DNA of 50,161 bases from Octopus bimaculoides. Its lineage: Eukaryota. The notes beneath the pieces were generated by a model. The model had not been told where the DNA came from and ran no database searches. It was given only the letters and a program-made list of their open reading frames with translations. The translations under genes were made by a program, and so were the position numbers. The DNA lies in assembly GCF_001194135.2 (NCBI RefSeq), contig NC_068983.1, forward strand, positions 1,413,229 through 1,463,389, written 5' to 3'. Below, piece by piece: positions 25,701 to 40,000 of this stretch. The stretch's first letter is position 1. Every line of letters begins with the position of its first letter.

Positions 25701-28674
25701 GTTATAAACCCTGTCACCCGGCAGCTGGTCTTAAAAGTCATCTAAAGGCTCATCAACGGAATAATTGTACTGTGTGATGGGGTGTGGTGTGTGTTTTGAT
25801 GGGACGGCTATCACCTCTCAAGATGAAGCAATCATCATATACATGTGTATACATATATATTTGTCAAACCAAATTTTGTTTAACTGCATTACTACTCTGT
25901 ATATATATATATATATATATNNNNNNNNNNNNNNNNNNNNNNNNNNNNNNNNNNNNNNNNNNNNNNNNNNNNNNNNNNNNNNNNNNNNNNNNNNNNNNNN
26001 NNNNNNNNNNNNNNNNNNNNNNATTGAGAATAAAGTCGTCAGAATTTTAGAAAAACATCCTTTTATTTCGTCAATATTATTAGCGCTTTCGTTTCTCTCA
26101 AGAACTTGTGAAATACAATATTGTGAATGTACGAATAGCTTGTTCATTTATATCAAACAGATGTTTTTCTTGTGGGGGGGGGGGCGGTTAGAAGAGAACT
26201 TTGTTTTTGTTTATTTGGGGTGAGGTTCCAAGACAATGGAGATGGATAGATAAAAATATAGGTAGGTAGATAGGCTGAGAGGTAGATAGGCATAACTATT
26301 CGGTAACTAGTCCAAGGGAACATAGGTGTAGGGTGCGGGGAAAATCATTCACAACCATTTGCACATTTGGAAGTTGTCTGAACGATGAATTCCTAGGATG
26401 CCCACAATGTGCCAGGATAACGAGGACTTCTATCGGCAGACTTATCACATGGGCTGAAACATGGGTCCATCACTATGATTTTGAGACTAAAGTCCCGTGT
26501 TCAACCCTCAGCCCCAGCAGGCAAGGAGATTCTCACAGTTTTTTGGGGACCAACGCGGAGTAGTGATGATGGATTTTCTGGCAAAGAGCACCACGATTCT
26601 CTGCTGCAAAAATTGCGGGACGCCATCAAAGCGAGAGGCGTGACAGGCTGACCAAAGGAGTCGCCTCCTCCAAAATAAGGCCCCAGTTCACAATACACAT
26701 TCTGTCCAAATGAAAGCAAACTCCTGCCGCTATAAAATCCTTCCTCCGCCCCTTGCTCTCTCGACCTCGTACCATCTGACTTTCACTTCTTTCCAACCAT
26801 GGAGACTATTTTGAAGTGGAAGCACTTTTCAGAGGATGATGAACTTATTTCTGAGGTAAAGTCTTGGCTTCCAGACGCAACCTACCGACTTCTACAGACG
26901 AGAGCTTTACATCTATATAAAGCAATGGGAGAAGTGTGTCACCATTGGCGGTGGCCATGTGGAGAAGGAATAATAATTATGCCAAGATTCGTTTATCCCA
27001 GTCCTTGCAAAGTGGGTCAAGGGAAATCTTTAATGAACATCTCTCGTACGCTAACATATATGAGGTGGTATTAAAAGGTTCCCGAACTTATCATCATCAA
27101 CATCACCATCCAAAACTAGATATTTTTATTAAAAAAGTAATTTATTTACCTAAGTTTTAACAGCATCTTCGAAATAGTCACCTTGTGTAGTATTACACCG
27201 GTTCCAGTGGCCCTTCCACTTTCGGAATCCGGCCTGGAAGTCTTTTCCTGTAAGCAGAGTCGAGGACCTTTTACGATTCACTCTCGCTCTCGCCAACAGC
27301 GTTAAAACGGCGAACTTTGAATTGCATTTCTATCTTGAACAAGAGATGAAAGTCTGCAGGAGCTAAATATGATAAATAGAGCGGGTGCGAGAGCTATATC
27401 ACGAGAAAGAGTGGTGGGGGGGAGGCTCAGTGAAGAATCCAGTTCTTCAGGCATCACAGATCCGGTCACTTTCGCTAAATGTCCTCGCTCAAACGCTTCA
27501 AAACTTCGCAGTAGAACTCTCGATTGAAGGCCTGGCCCAAGAAGACGAATTCTCGATGCACAATACTAGATTTCCGGGTGTGACACTCGTGATAAAAGTT
27601 CCAGATCACCCATTGTCTTCCAGGGACGTTCGTCAGATTTTGAAGTGCCTGTGCCACTCGATACATTACCTACGACCACATTGCTTCGTCGCCGTAAGCT
27701 TACCGAAGTATGCTCAATGTCTCGGTACCAGAATTCCCAAGTTGAACGCAAAATTACACATTGGATCTTTGTTCAAGTCAATGAAAAAAAATTCGCAGAC
27801 TGCAGCATACACGTGAAATTTCAGTTCTTGCGAAATAAACACATCCTGAAGGTCACTGCTAGGTCTCACTGCACAGGCAACCATGTGCTGCCATCTATTG
27901 GCGCGCTACAAAACTAGTCCAGGGACGTTTTGATACCACTTCGCATATATCAATACTCTTGAATAGACTATATAAATAAATAAAAAATAATGCAATAATT
28001 TAAATAAATATATGAATTAAATATTACTAAAATTATATGATAACAAATTATATATATCTCCCAATATAGGTAAATTTGAAAATAATAATAGAGGATAATT
28101 TAAAATTAAAACTATGCACAGAGTAATTCACCCCCTTGGCACTAATCACCATAAATACCTATAGTTCCCTGCTGTCTTCTTCCTCTAATCACCATTTCAG
28201 TACCAGCAAAAAAAAAAAAAGAGAAGGAAAATATGTATTTTAATTCTTTATGTTATATATCACATTTAAACACAGACATTTTTATTCTGATGTTTAATCT
28301 TATATCTCACATTCTGTATTGGACATATACTTGATTCTACATGATTGATATATATACTAATTCATATTTATAATGTATAATTTAGTAATTTTAATTCTTA
28401 ATATTACAAAGTATAATTTCTATTCTTAATTTTTAATCGTTAATGCTTAATCTTTAATGCTTAATTGTATATTCTTTTTAAAGGGAGGTAAAATTAGATA
28501 TATAATATTTTGAAAAAGAACCTGAAGATGTGCTGGAATAATTGTAAATCTGACGATTGCATATATATATTTATATATGTATACAGTTGTGTATATGTAT
28601 ATATATTGTAATCTTCAAATACTGAAACACACGTGTGTAGTTCCTTCATCTATAAATATAAAAATGAGAATGTG

Positions 28675-28705
<31 letters not shown>

Positions 28706-31700
28706 GTGTGTGAATCCCTAAAACTCGAGAACTACACAACCAATTTCATTCAAATTTTACACATGCCTTACTTAGGGTTCCAGTTGTGTTTTAGTCAAAA
28801 AAAAAATGTTTAACTTCTTGCAGAGTTCGAGCCCACGGCAACATAGTATCTCCTCCACTATTTAAGTATTACGTGTCAAAAGTGAAACAAAAACACTCAT
28901 GTCAAATACTTTCACTTTAAAAATGAAACTATTCTACTAACTGAAACAATNNNNNNNNNNNNNNNNNNNNNNNNNNNNNNNNNNNNNNNNNNNNNNNNNN
29001 NNNNNNNNNNNNNNNNNNNNNNNNNNNNNNNNNNNNNNNNNNNNNNNNNNNNNNNNNNNNNNNNNNNNNNNNNNNNNNNNNNNNNNNNNNNNNNNNNNNN
29101 NNNNNNNNNNNNNNNNNNNNNNNNNNNNNNNNNNNNNNNNNNNNNNNNNNNNNNNNNNNNNNNNNNNNNNNNNNNNNNNNNNNNNNNNNNNNNNNNNNNN
29201 NNNNNNNNNNNNNNNNNNNNNNNNNNNNNNNNNNNNNNNNNNNNNNNNNNNNNNNNNNNNNNNNNNNNNNNNNNNNNNNNNNNNNNNNNNNNNNNNNNNN
29301 NNNNNNNNNNNNNNNNNNNNNNNNNNNNNNNNNNNNNNNNNNNNNNNNNNNNNNNNNNNNNNNNNNNNNNNNNNNNNNNNNNNNNNNNNNNNNNNNNNNN
29401 NNNNNNNNNNNNNNNNNNNNNNNNNNNNNNNNNNNNNNNNNNNNNNNNNNNNNNNNNNNNNNNNNNNNNNNNNNNNNNNNNNNNNNNNNNNNNNNNNNNN
29501 NNNNNNNNNNNNNNNNNNNNNNNNNNNNNNNNNNNNNNNNNNNNNNNNNNNNNNNNNNNNNNNNNNNNNNNNNNNNNNNNNNNNNNNNNNNNNNNNNNNN
29601 NNNNNNNNNNNNNNNNNNNNNNNNNNNNNNNNNNNNNNNNNNNNNNNNNNNNNNNNNNNNNNNNNNNNNNNNNNNNNNNNNNNNNNNNNNNNNNNNNNNN
29701 NNNNNNNNNNNNNNNNNNNNNNNNNNNNNNNNNNNNNNNNNNNNNNNNNNNNNNNNNNNNNNNNNNNNNNNNNNNNNNNNNNNNNNNNNNNNNNNNATAC
29801 TTACATTGTGATTTCTGCAATGTGGTGCATAAATTGTCAAGTAAATGAGACGCATCTTTGCCTCCACTGATTCACTTGCAAAGTGTTGAGTAAAATTATT
29901 TCGTTGCAGACCTCCTTTGAGTCTTTTTATTATCACTGCGACACACATAGTCCCCAGTTGGTAACATTGATTTCAAGGCCTTCCCAGATGAGAGACTGGC
30001 ATTCCACTTAATGTCTATGTTCCATGCTGGCATGGATTGGAGAGTTATTAATGTAGAAATATGGTATCGTAGCTACTAACAGTTGAGGGTTGCGTAGTCT
30101 AGACGGCGTTTTTAGATTTCATTATTCTCTTTAACCCGGGCAAAGCCGGCTATTTCTGCTAGTGTTTAATAAATTTAAGTATTAACTAAAGTAGGAAATA
30201 CTTAATGAAGTTTAGTATATACCCTGCTGGTAATTTTAGTTGTATCCTTTAAGTATCATTTCGTGATGTGCAAACTGATACCATGAGTTTACTTTCAGAT
30301 ATATTCATTAGGCTATTTTTTTTGTATTATCTGAAGTAGAATACCCGCATACCGATTAATCCCCCAAAATTGAATTAATATTGACTTTAATCAGATACTT
30401 TGTATATTTATAGCTAAATATATAAAGATATGATAAATAAGACCCCAAGGTACGAGATATGTATATGCATATAATGCTGAAGGGTTGTACCTGATTGATT
30501 TGGAAATTTGTCTTCCCAAATTATCTAAATTAATTATACAATTGGTTCTACCACTAGGACTTCTTATATATGTCAGGTAAGATTGCGGTGATAGAGTGGA
30601 ACTCATCTTTGAAGGATATACCTATTCCCAGCTGGAAAGACTATATACAGGACCTAATTAACCAGCTAAAAAACTTTATAAATAGAATGAAATGGAAGGC
30701 TCACTACTACAATAACAACCATCCTCATAAGAATAATACTAACATGGAAGATATAGACTATATAAAGAGAAACTTCAAATCTAGGCAGGAACCTCCCAAT
30801 AATAGAATTATACAGAACTTTGAGGAGAAAATATGGAATATGGTGAAAAATATCAAATTAAAAAAAAAAAATCCTAACAGACACAATAACCACCTCAGCA
30901 ACTTAGCTAGAAAAATAAAAATATTAAAGAACAAGGATGGAGTTATAGTACAATCTGATAAGACCAGAAATTTATATAGACTGGATACACCACTTTATGA
31001 TAAACTACTAGAAAAGGAAATAATGAAAACAATATAAGGTAGTTAATAAAAATTATATAGATAATATTAACATGATTTCCAAAAAAAAAATCATGGTTGA
31101 ATATGGTATTGAAAATATAACTGAACCATATGTCCCGATGCATCCAAGAATAACAATTAAAGACCATAAAGATAATTTTTACTCAAACCCCCAAGTAAGA
31201 TTAATATGCCCTAGCAAGTCAGATACATGTAGACTTAGTAAATTAATATTAGATGCAAATCTAGTAATATTAAATAAGTTAGGTAACCTTAAACTCTGGA
31301 ATTGTGCCCGAGATGCTATAAAATGGTTTAATAATTTTAAGGATAAAAATAGATATAGATTCCTTCAAATTGATATAGAGAATTATTATTCATCTATAAA
31401 TGATGTGGTTTTAAATAAGGCCCTGTCATATGCGACGGGAAAGGTAAAAATGTCATTTGAAGAAGTCAATTGGTGTTGGCCGCGAGGAAGTCTTTTATAA
31501 AATATAAAGATAAACTATGGGCAAGAAAAAACACAAGAGATTGTTTTGATAAACTCATTGGTGCCTCAGATTCAGCCAAGGTTACCGATCTTGTAGGTTT
31601 ATATCTCGTATCTGAACTAGAAATAGAATTTACGAATATAGAGGGTGGTCGTTATAGGGATGACCTACTACTTATAACTAGAAATTGTACTAATAGGTCA

Positions 31701-34700
31701 GTAGAATGCCTTAAGAAGAAAATGCGCAAGTTCTTTAAGAATTATGGCCTAGGGCTAACTATAGAGAATGAGCATTGTGCAGTAAATTATCTAGACTTCA
31801 ATCTTAATCTAGTCACTAATAAGATCCATCCATTCCATAAGCTGAATGAAAACCTAAAGTGTATTAGTTCTTCAAGTAACCATCCTAAATCAGTTAAAGA
31901 AGCCTTAATAAATAATATACGTCAAAACGCACACCTCACCTGATACACACAACATACACGTTACAGACGCACATACACACACACGCGCACACTCACACAC
32001 GTCTGAGCCACTAACCTCTATTCATACAAACGTACACATTCGCACACACCATTCTCATACACACGCGCACACGCACATTCATTTTGGGTCACCAGTACTT
32101 TGACATCGCCCTTTCTTTCAACCTCTACTTTCAAACCTTTTCTAATCATTCGTCATGCTTGACTACTAAATCTACAAGTTCTTTTTTTTCCATTCTCTCT
32201 CTGTTTATTTTCTCGTGTTCCTTTCTGTTAAAGAGCATAGGCTCGAAACGTAAAAGACTTGTTCATATTATCGAGCGTCAAAATAATACACCTGCTTGTT
32301 GTTCATACACCTGATTTCTTCCTTTGTTTTTCTATAAATTTCTACTATACATACATATCTATCTATCTACCTATCTATCTCTATATATATATATTCCTTT
32401 ACTTGTTTCAATTATTTGACTGTGGACATACTGGAGCACCGCCTCAAAGTGCTTTTTAGTTGAATAAATCGACCACAGGGCTTCCCTTTTGCTGAGCCAC
32501 TAATTTACAGGGACGTAAAAACACCAGCAGCGGTTTCAAGTGATGGTGGCTGGAGACAGACATGAATACAGAGACACACACATAAATACATACAGTGGTT
32601 AGTGTTAGGAAGGGCATCTAGCTGTAAAATGCCCGCCAAAACAGACACAGTAGCCTATAGTAGTTTTTCTATCTGGCCGGCTCCTGTCAAACGTCCTACC
32701 CATGCATGCTTGGAAGATGGACGTTAAACGTTGATGATGATATACACACAGGCCTCTTTCAGTTTCTGTCTAGGCTATATCAGAAAAGAATTGCACAAGA
32801 TGCCACGCAGTGGGACTGAACCCGGAACCAAGTAGTTGGAAAGCAAGCTTCTTACCACGCAGGCACGCCTATATAATTTTAGGGGTTTTCGTGGTTGTAT
32901 GGGATTCATATTTGCATAATGTTTAAAGGACTCAGGCGGTGAAAAGGAAGATTAATGGATGTCATGGAGTGGTTTGTGATTGCGTTTCACCAGTCGCTAT
33001 AATTGTGCACAAAAAAACATAATATAAATATAAAATTTGAATATGTATAAATGAAGAAAGACAAGTGATAACACAAGATATTATCAGTGTTTAGGTTTAA
33101 AATGTTAGTCGTTGGAGGGAAAAGACGTCATACTGTTCTGTCCAATAATCATGGCCTGGTATGCAAGTTGTGAATTTGAGCTTGAGACTCTACTGGTTTG
33201 ATGAGCCTACTCTACCACACTGGCTTGACATGGCTCGGCAGAAGAGCGCAGTGTTTTATACTCTTACCAATAAGTAGTTAAATCGATTATATTGACCCGA
33301 GGAATCAACCGGTTCTTATTTTTGTCGATCCCGAAAGGATGAAATGCAAAATCGGCCTCAGATTGTTTAGCTTAGAAAGAAAAAAAGAGAAGAAATTTGA
33401 GATGACTTTGTACTGCTACTTACACGACTGCTATAATGCGTGATGCTGTAAAAGTCATAAGGTGTACCAAAAGTGAATACTTTGCTGCTGTCGAGTTTCT
33501 TGAAATTAAAGCCAAGATTTCCCTGTATTCTGTGTGGATATACGTTTATATAATGATCACGATCCGGGCGGTTATGTTCATGGTTTAATCCTATGGAATG
33601 TGCTAGTTCATGTAAAATCGATCTAAGCTGCAAAATGCAAGGTCAAAAGTGATAAATGCATAAAAGAACGGCTTGAAAATGTTACCTGGCTTCACATGTT
33701 TTAATCCTGTATATAGCCACAGCCTCACGGCTGAAACATATGAAATAATAAAAGTATAATTGCAAATTAGATCAGTTGTGTTAACAATGATCACTCACGT
33801 GATCTCCATAATTCTCTTGTTCAGATTACAATAAAATTAGTTTATTGCAGTTAACCGAAGTTCATATTTTGATGAGAATACTCTCAAAAGGTTATGCAGA
33901 CATTGTCGACAATCAGGTGAAGTGAGATATATAGTATCAACTTATTTATTTTCAGTCTAATCACAGTAGAAATAGCTACCCCAATGTCCGAGCTAATAAG
34001 GCGATACATTACCCACCAAGTACTGCAATGTGAATGTTTAATCATAGAAAATTATATATGTGTAGATAGCTTTTAATTTTTTAATGGATTACTCGCAGAA
34101 AGGTAGACAACCTATTAACAGAGCTTTTCGAGGGCGGCGAGGTGACAAAATCACAGATGGTTGGACAAAACAATTTTGAGTTCAAGTCTGGCCGAAATCA
34201 ACATCATCTGCTAAAATCATCAGATTCGATATAATATTTGAGTATTTGTTCTTTCTGTGAAATCTTTCCGAGATCCGGTTCTCCTTTCCTCCTTCTGCAG
34301 TCGATAAAATAAAGAAACAACAAGCAATTGGCGTCAATGTAATCAACTGACACATCCATTCAAAACTGTTGTTGAAACAAGATCAAAAACCATTATTCTA
34401 AGTTTTTCTCAGCTGTTAGGTTCCAGCAACTTTATTTCAATGGATTAAACTATCTAAACTCAGAAGACTACTTTATTCACACATGAATAAAATTCTGCAG
34501 GTAATTGCCAAAAAGGAGCAGCTAATATTTTTAACAATAATATACACATTCGCTTCTGTTCCAGCAGACCCTGTTCGATAACATACAATATTAAATCACA
34601 CGTCAAAATGACAAATGAAAATATTCAAGTGTACGTGGCGTTAAAATCATGGTTGGTATATGTATTCTAGGTACAACACCAAGCTATATGTAAGTGAAAC

Positions 34701-36918
34701 TGAAAGCTTTTAAGGTTTAAATAGGACTTTTCGACCAAGCGAATATGTTTTAGTCAATTAATTTTAGTGGAATTATTTTTTGAAGTAGCTACTCAGATAT
34801 AAGAGAGCAATGTGTAAATTACAAAATATTTTAAGTTAGCATATTTATTCTTGCTACGTAGTAATGCAGAAGAACTTAAAGTTATAATTAAGGAGCAGAA
34901 TATCTTTGACACAGGAGCTTGAAAGAAATGACACACAATTTAATGAATATATGCACCCTATTTCGTTCACACAAGGTTCGAGAAAGGACAGAATTATTTT
35001 TACATAAACGAGAAGATATTATGCCTCAACCAACAGAGTATTCATGAGGAGGGAAATGCATTACTGCTGACTGCAGAACTTATTTCTGCCTTCTATTTCT
35101 TCTCACTTCTTCCTCCTCGCGTCAGTAAAGTTTTTATAAAACAGAAACCCATGTAAAAAATCTGGCTGAATGGGTTGAAATATTTATCAATATACAGATT
35201 ATATCGAGCAACAAAAAATTTCCGCTTCGTTTACATGATACTCTTTCGTTATCTCTTGGGGCGGAGAAGCATTCATCTGGTGTTGTTTTTTTAGAACGTT
35301 TTTGACTAAATTTAAGGACAATTTTTTTTGTAGCTTCACCTCAGAGCTGTGGCCATGCTGGGGCACAGGTGTTTTGCTACACTGTTATTATTGAGAGCCT
35401 CCTCTAATATGCAGCATTTTGTGATTAAGGGAGTCTGATGTAGCTACCCTCATTTGCACCTCTTGCCGCGAGGTAGGTTCATCTGGGACTCTCGTCAAGA
35501 AACGGTCCAGTTTTGATTTGGAAACACCTATATACACCTTGTGTAGTTCCCTCAAACTCTTTGGGAGAATATTAAAAAGCTGTCGGCTCCTGAAACTGAG
35601 GCTATTTCAGTAACTGATTCCGAAGCGCGATGGCATTGTTGGGATCTTTAGCACTGTGCAGTATCTTCCCGTTCTGGCATTGGTGTAGCTTTCAATGCCA
35701 AAATTTAGCACAATCCCTTCCAGGAACTTCCAGATGTATATTACTGCATATCTCTCCTGCCTTTGCTCCAGGAATTAGAGTCTTGGCTGTTTCAGATTTT
35801 CTCAGTAGCTGAGCTGTTGTAAAGAGACGATCTTTTTTGTGAAGCTTTGCTGCATTGCTTCAAGGTCCGCTGTTAATTTTACACTGTTGCGTGACCATAG
35901 CTGGGAGGAGTAATCCAGAGGGCTGAGGACGAATGTCCTCAAGAGGACCATCATAGTTTCCTTATCTCTGGTTCTGAACGTTCACAGGATCCATCCAGCC
36001 AGTCGTCTGCACTTTGTCACCATCCTGGTAGTGTGCACTTGGAAAGAGGTATCATCACTCATGTCGATACCCAGGTCCCTCACTGATTTAGGATCTGGTA
36101 GTTTTATATTCAGTTTTGGACGCTGGTAGCGCAGGGCCTGGAATTCACCAGCATTAAACTGAATATTATTGTCCTCAGTCAACTGTATATTGCGTCCAAC
36201 TCCTGCTGCAGGTGTGCAACATCGCTGGGGTTCTGTTCGTTTTCCGAGACATTCGTATCGTCTGTGTAGCTAGCAAGTGTGGCTATCCGGGCAACTGAGG
36301 GCATATCTGAGAGGGCCACTATGAAAAGCACTGGTCCCAAGAGAGTGCCCTGTGGAACACCACTCACTATTTGTGTTTTCATTGAGGTGACTCTATTGGC
36401 CACTGCTGCCTGACTTCTATTTTTCAGTAAGTCATGTAACAATTCTCCAAGTTTTCCTGCTATGTAAAGATTACACTATTTGTGGCATATCATACCATGA
36501 TCCACTTTATCAAAACCTTTTGCAAAGTCAAGGTTTATTACGTCCACATTTGAGTTGTTGAGGCAGATTAAATGATTACTGACTGTAAATCGATATCGAC
36601 TGATATTCATTATTCAAATTATCAGAAAAAAGAGATCCGAGCTGATAGATACTTTTAGTTGAACAATTTTCTTATAAATCTGTATTAAGTTGAATCCATA
36701 CAATTAATTTAGGCGAAATAAAATAAAAATATTTTTTTTACCCCTTCGCAAGCGTATCCTAAGCCAAGACTTTGACTTTGACCACGACCGGCCATTCCAA
36801 CATTGGAATAACAGCTGTAAAAAATAAAAGAAAAACAGAAAAGTGAATGAAAATCTTTCAGCAGTCCGCTTTCTCAACGTAATCGTGTGATGTATGTATG
36901 CATGTGTGTGTGTGTGTG

Positions 36919-37013
<95 letters not shown>

Positions 37014-40000
37014 ATATATTACACACACAAACACATACATACACACACAGAGACACAGATATATAAAATTTATGCAAATTGTTCATGATGGACATGGTGA
37101 AGCTTTTTAAAATAAAGTCTTTCCACTAAATATGATGCTTTATACGAGTCAATGAGTCCAACAAAAACTATTTTGATTTCTTCTCTGCCACATCAAAGAC
37201 TAGTTGACAAAACAGTACAGAATAAGTAGAGAATAAGAACAAGACAAGAGGTAGAGTAATAAAGATGTTGCTAGCCTGTTACATCATCAGTAGCATTGTT
37301 AGCTTACATATCATCTTCTTCCTCTGGGAGTCTATTTTTCATAACACGTCATTTTGCATAAAACCTCTCTTCATAATCAGTGAAACAAACTGCATTTTGT
37401 TACATAAAATTATATCAAATAAATTATTTATGTTATATGAGCAAACGTCACACGCACACACATACACAAACACGCACGCACACAGACATATTTATATCAG
37501 TATATTGAAATCTACACATTTATCTCGTGATCCATCAACGATGCGATATCTGCACTGCAACTGAACTGGTACCTATCTGAATAATGAGGTTATGTGCCTC
37601 CAGCCAGCCAGCCAGCCAGCCAGCCAGCAGATCTGACAAGACGCTTATGTTGCCAAGAGCAATATATGAAGCGAAACTAATGGCAACATTCTGATCGGCC
37701 ATACCCAATGTATCACTTTATGAATTATCAACGAGACTCTCAGATGTTATTCGTTACTGGTCACAATGCGCTTTCAATTCTTTCTTGATTCTCCTTTTCT
37801 TTTCAATTGGGTTCCAAGTCACATTAGTGAATTTTATTTCCATCTATCGTTGTGGCGTTCCAAGAGGCCTTTTCCGATCACTTGGTTACCACATAGCAAC
37901 AGTATTGGTCCATCTGCTGCCAGTGACTCTTAAGACATTTCCGACGCAGGGGACCTTCTGCATTCGGAATTGTTCGATCACATCGTTCACCCCGCTCCAT
38001 TCTCCAATTATCTTATCTCGATTCTGCCCTCGCAAAGATTTTCCTGGCCATGGATATTCCCGTGGCCCTTTTTCTCGTAGACATTCTATATTTCTCTCCA
38101 TCGTATCATCTCACATCTCAGTTGCGTATAGAAACGCAGGTAGGACGGTGATTGTGGAGAGTCTCCCACGTATGTTCTTGTCCAAATATACCATGAGCAT
38201 GTACTTTATGGCAGTAAATTCTATTATCCTGCCATCACAATCTTCGAAATATCAGAATCCATGACACGGCGAATATTCACTGTATGTAGGCGAACTCTTT
38301 CAACTCCTAGATTTTGCTAATTTCCAACTCTATTCAGTCTTGAGCTACGACTTCGGACGGCATAATTTTGTTTTCATGCGGTTGATCTAAAACTTACTGC
38401 TGAGGTCGGGTGGCCAGCTATCTCATTATGACCTGCAACCGAGTTGGGATTCTGGTGATAAATGCAATGTTATCAACGAATCTGCAGTGTGTTAGTAGCT
38501 TTACGTTGATGTTCACGCCACTTGCTCACTCAGTGTCTTCGATGAACATTGCTAGACAAGTGAAAAGTTTGGAGAGATTGCGTTTCCATTGCTGATGCCA
38601 TTTCCAATTAGAACTCATATTAGTAGCAATAACAGAGCAATATTTGTTGTGCATCCGGATTTCGCGTCCCTGACTGCTTTTGTGTATTAGTCCTGATATC
38701 TTGCATTTCGGGAGATTTCAACACTTAATCTGCTTTCCCAGTCCATAATTCTTGAAGTTATTTCCTAAAAGTCATTTCACGTTTAGAAAACATATGTATG
38801 TATGTATGCATGCATGAATTTATGTATGTATGTATGTATGTATGTATGTATGTATGTATGTATGTATGTATGTATGTATGTATGTATGCATGTATGTCAT
38901 TATTCAGTTTATTTCAAGATTTCTTACCAATAGAAACTAGATCCAAGGCTCTTTCATTGTAATTCAACATCAACATAACAGTATTTTTGTTTGTATATAT
39001 GTATTATGTATGTATGTATGTATGTATGTATATTTGTTATGTATGTATTCTCATGAATATAGTTGAATATCTAGACATGCTCATATATACTTGAATGATA
39101 AACTTCTGGAAAGTTTTACTGATTTTTATAGTTCCAGTGATGGTTTGGATCTGTAGTCTCCGAATTAGCTTTCTCCTTTTTGGTTTTGAGTATCCTAATT
39201 CCTCAAGATTGGCGTTTAGGCAGCGTGCTACATATCTCAGGGCACCAATAATTACAGGTATAAACCTGAACTTGTAATCTGGTTAGAGCAACTGTAGATT
39301 TCTCAATAGTTCAGTATTCGTGTTCTCTTTTTCACTGATCTTCAATTTTATGTAAAATCCGTTGGGCAGCTAATTTCCTCAACTGTGCACAGTTACTCTT
39401 CTCTATCCCAAATCATTTTATCAAGTCTGTTGTGCTTACATTTTATTGAGATCTTATTGAGATCTTCACTGGTACATTCCACCAATATTCCTTTTTATTA
39501 CGAGTGGCTATGTCTTCTACCATATTGTGGGTTCTTATTTCTTTGTCCTCAGGATTATCCTTCTGACGGATTTCATTATAGAGTGTCCAAGCTAAGACGT
39601 CATGTCTCATCGGTAAAAAATAACGTAATCACATTTTCGGGCAACAGCTTATGATGTGATATCTTCAGCACACAGTCTGCATCGGTTGTCCCATTTTACG
39701 GTTTTCCTGCATCACTATCCCTTTTGTGCATCAGTTACTTGATTGATATTTCCTGTTCCTGGATTGCAAATGTATACTCTTCAAAGTGGGAGATAGTAAT
39801 CCGGTGACTCGTCCATGATAAACTGCTTTGATTATCGATACTACCATCGTCTCTGAGCTTTCTACTAATATTTCCATGCAAAGTCTTCTGCTCATATAGG
39901 CTCATTCTTTCATGTGATGATACGTTGCGGTAGAGTCGTGCAACTACTTTGGCATGACAAGGAATGTTGCTCAAGGTGGTACCTTCCGAGTCTTATGATA

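Noticed and set aside
681-29948. Long ORFs in the track (681-1547, 9802-10782, 15611-16843, 23699-24343, 28912-29948 and similar)
   Set aside because: They stay open only because they run through N gaps; their length is not coding evidence.
31030-31475. Recoding or selenocysteine read-through in the second PLE
   Set aside because: The ORF breaks are frame changes, not in-frame TGA codons.
33790-33830. GTGAGT donor-like site just upstream of exon D on the minus strand
   Set aside because: All frames stop within a short distance and nothing astacin-like is encoded; the true exon is at 36742-36814.
34450-34575. Minus-strand AG followed by GSAGTEANVYIIV, resembling the PLAT/LH2 GTDANVYI motif
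   Set aside because: Exons C and D already join in phase 0 with a complete astacin sequence; the phase is incompatible, the frame stops shortly after, and no further PLAT similarity follows.
34671-34689. Plus-strand TTCTAG|19 nt|GTAAGT micro-exon-like pattern
   Set aside because: No partner exons or plus-strand gene found; expected by chance in 50 kb.
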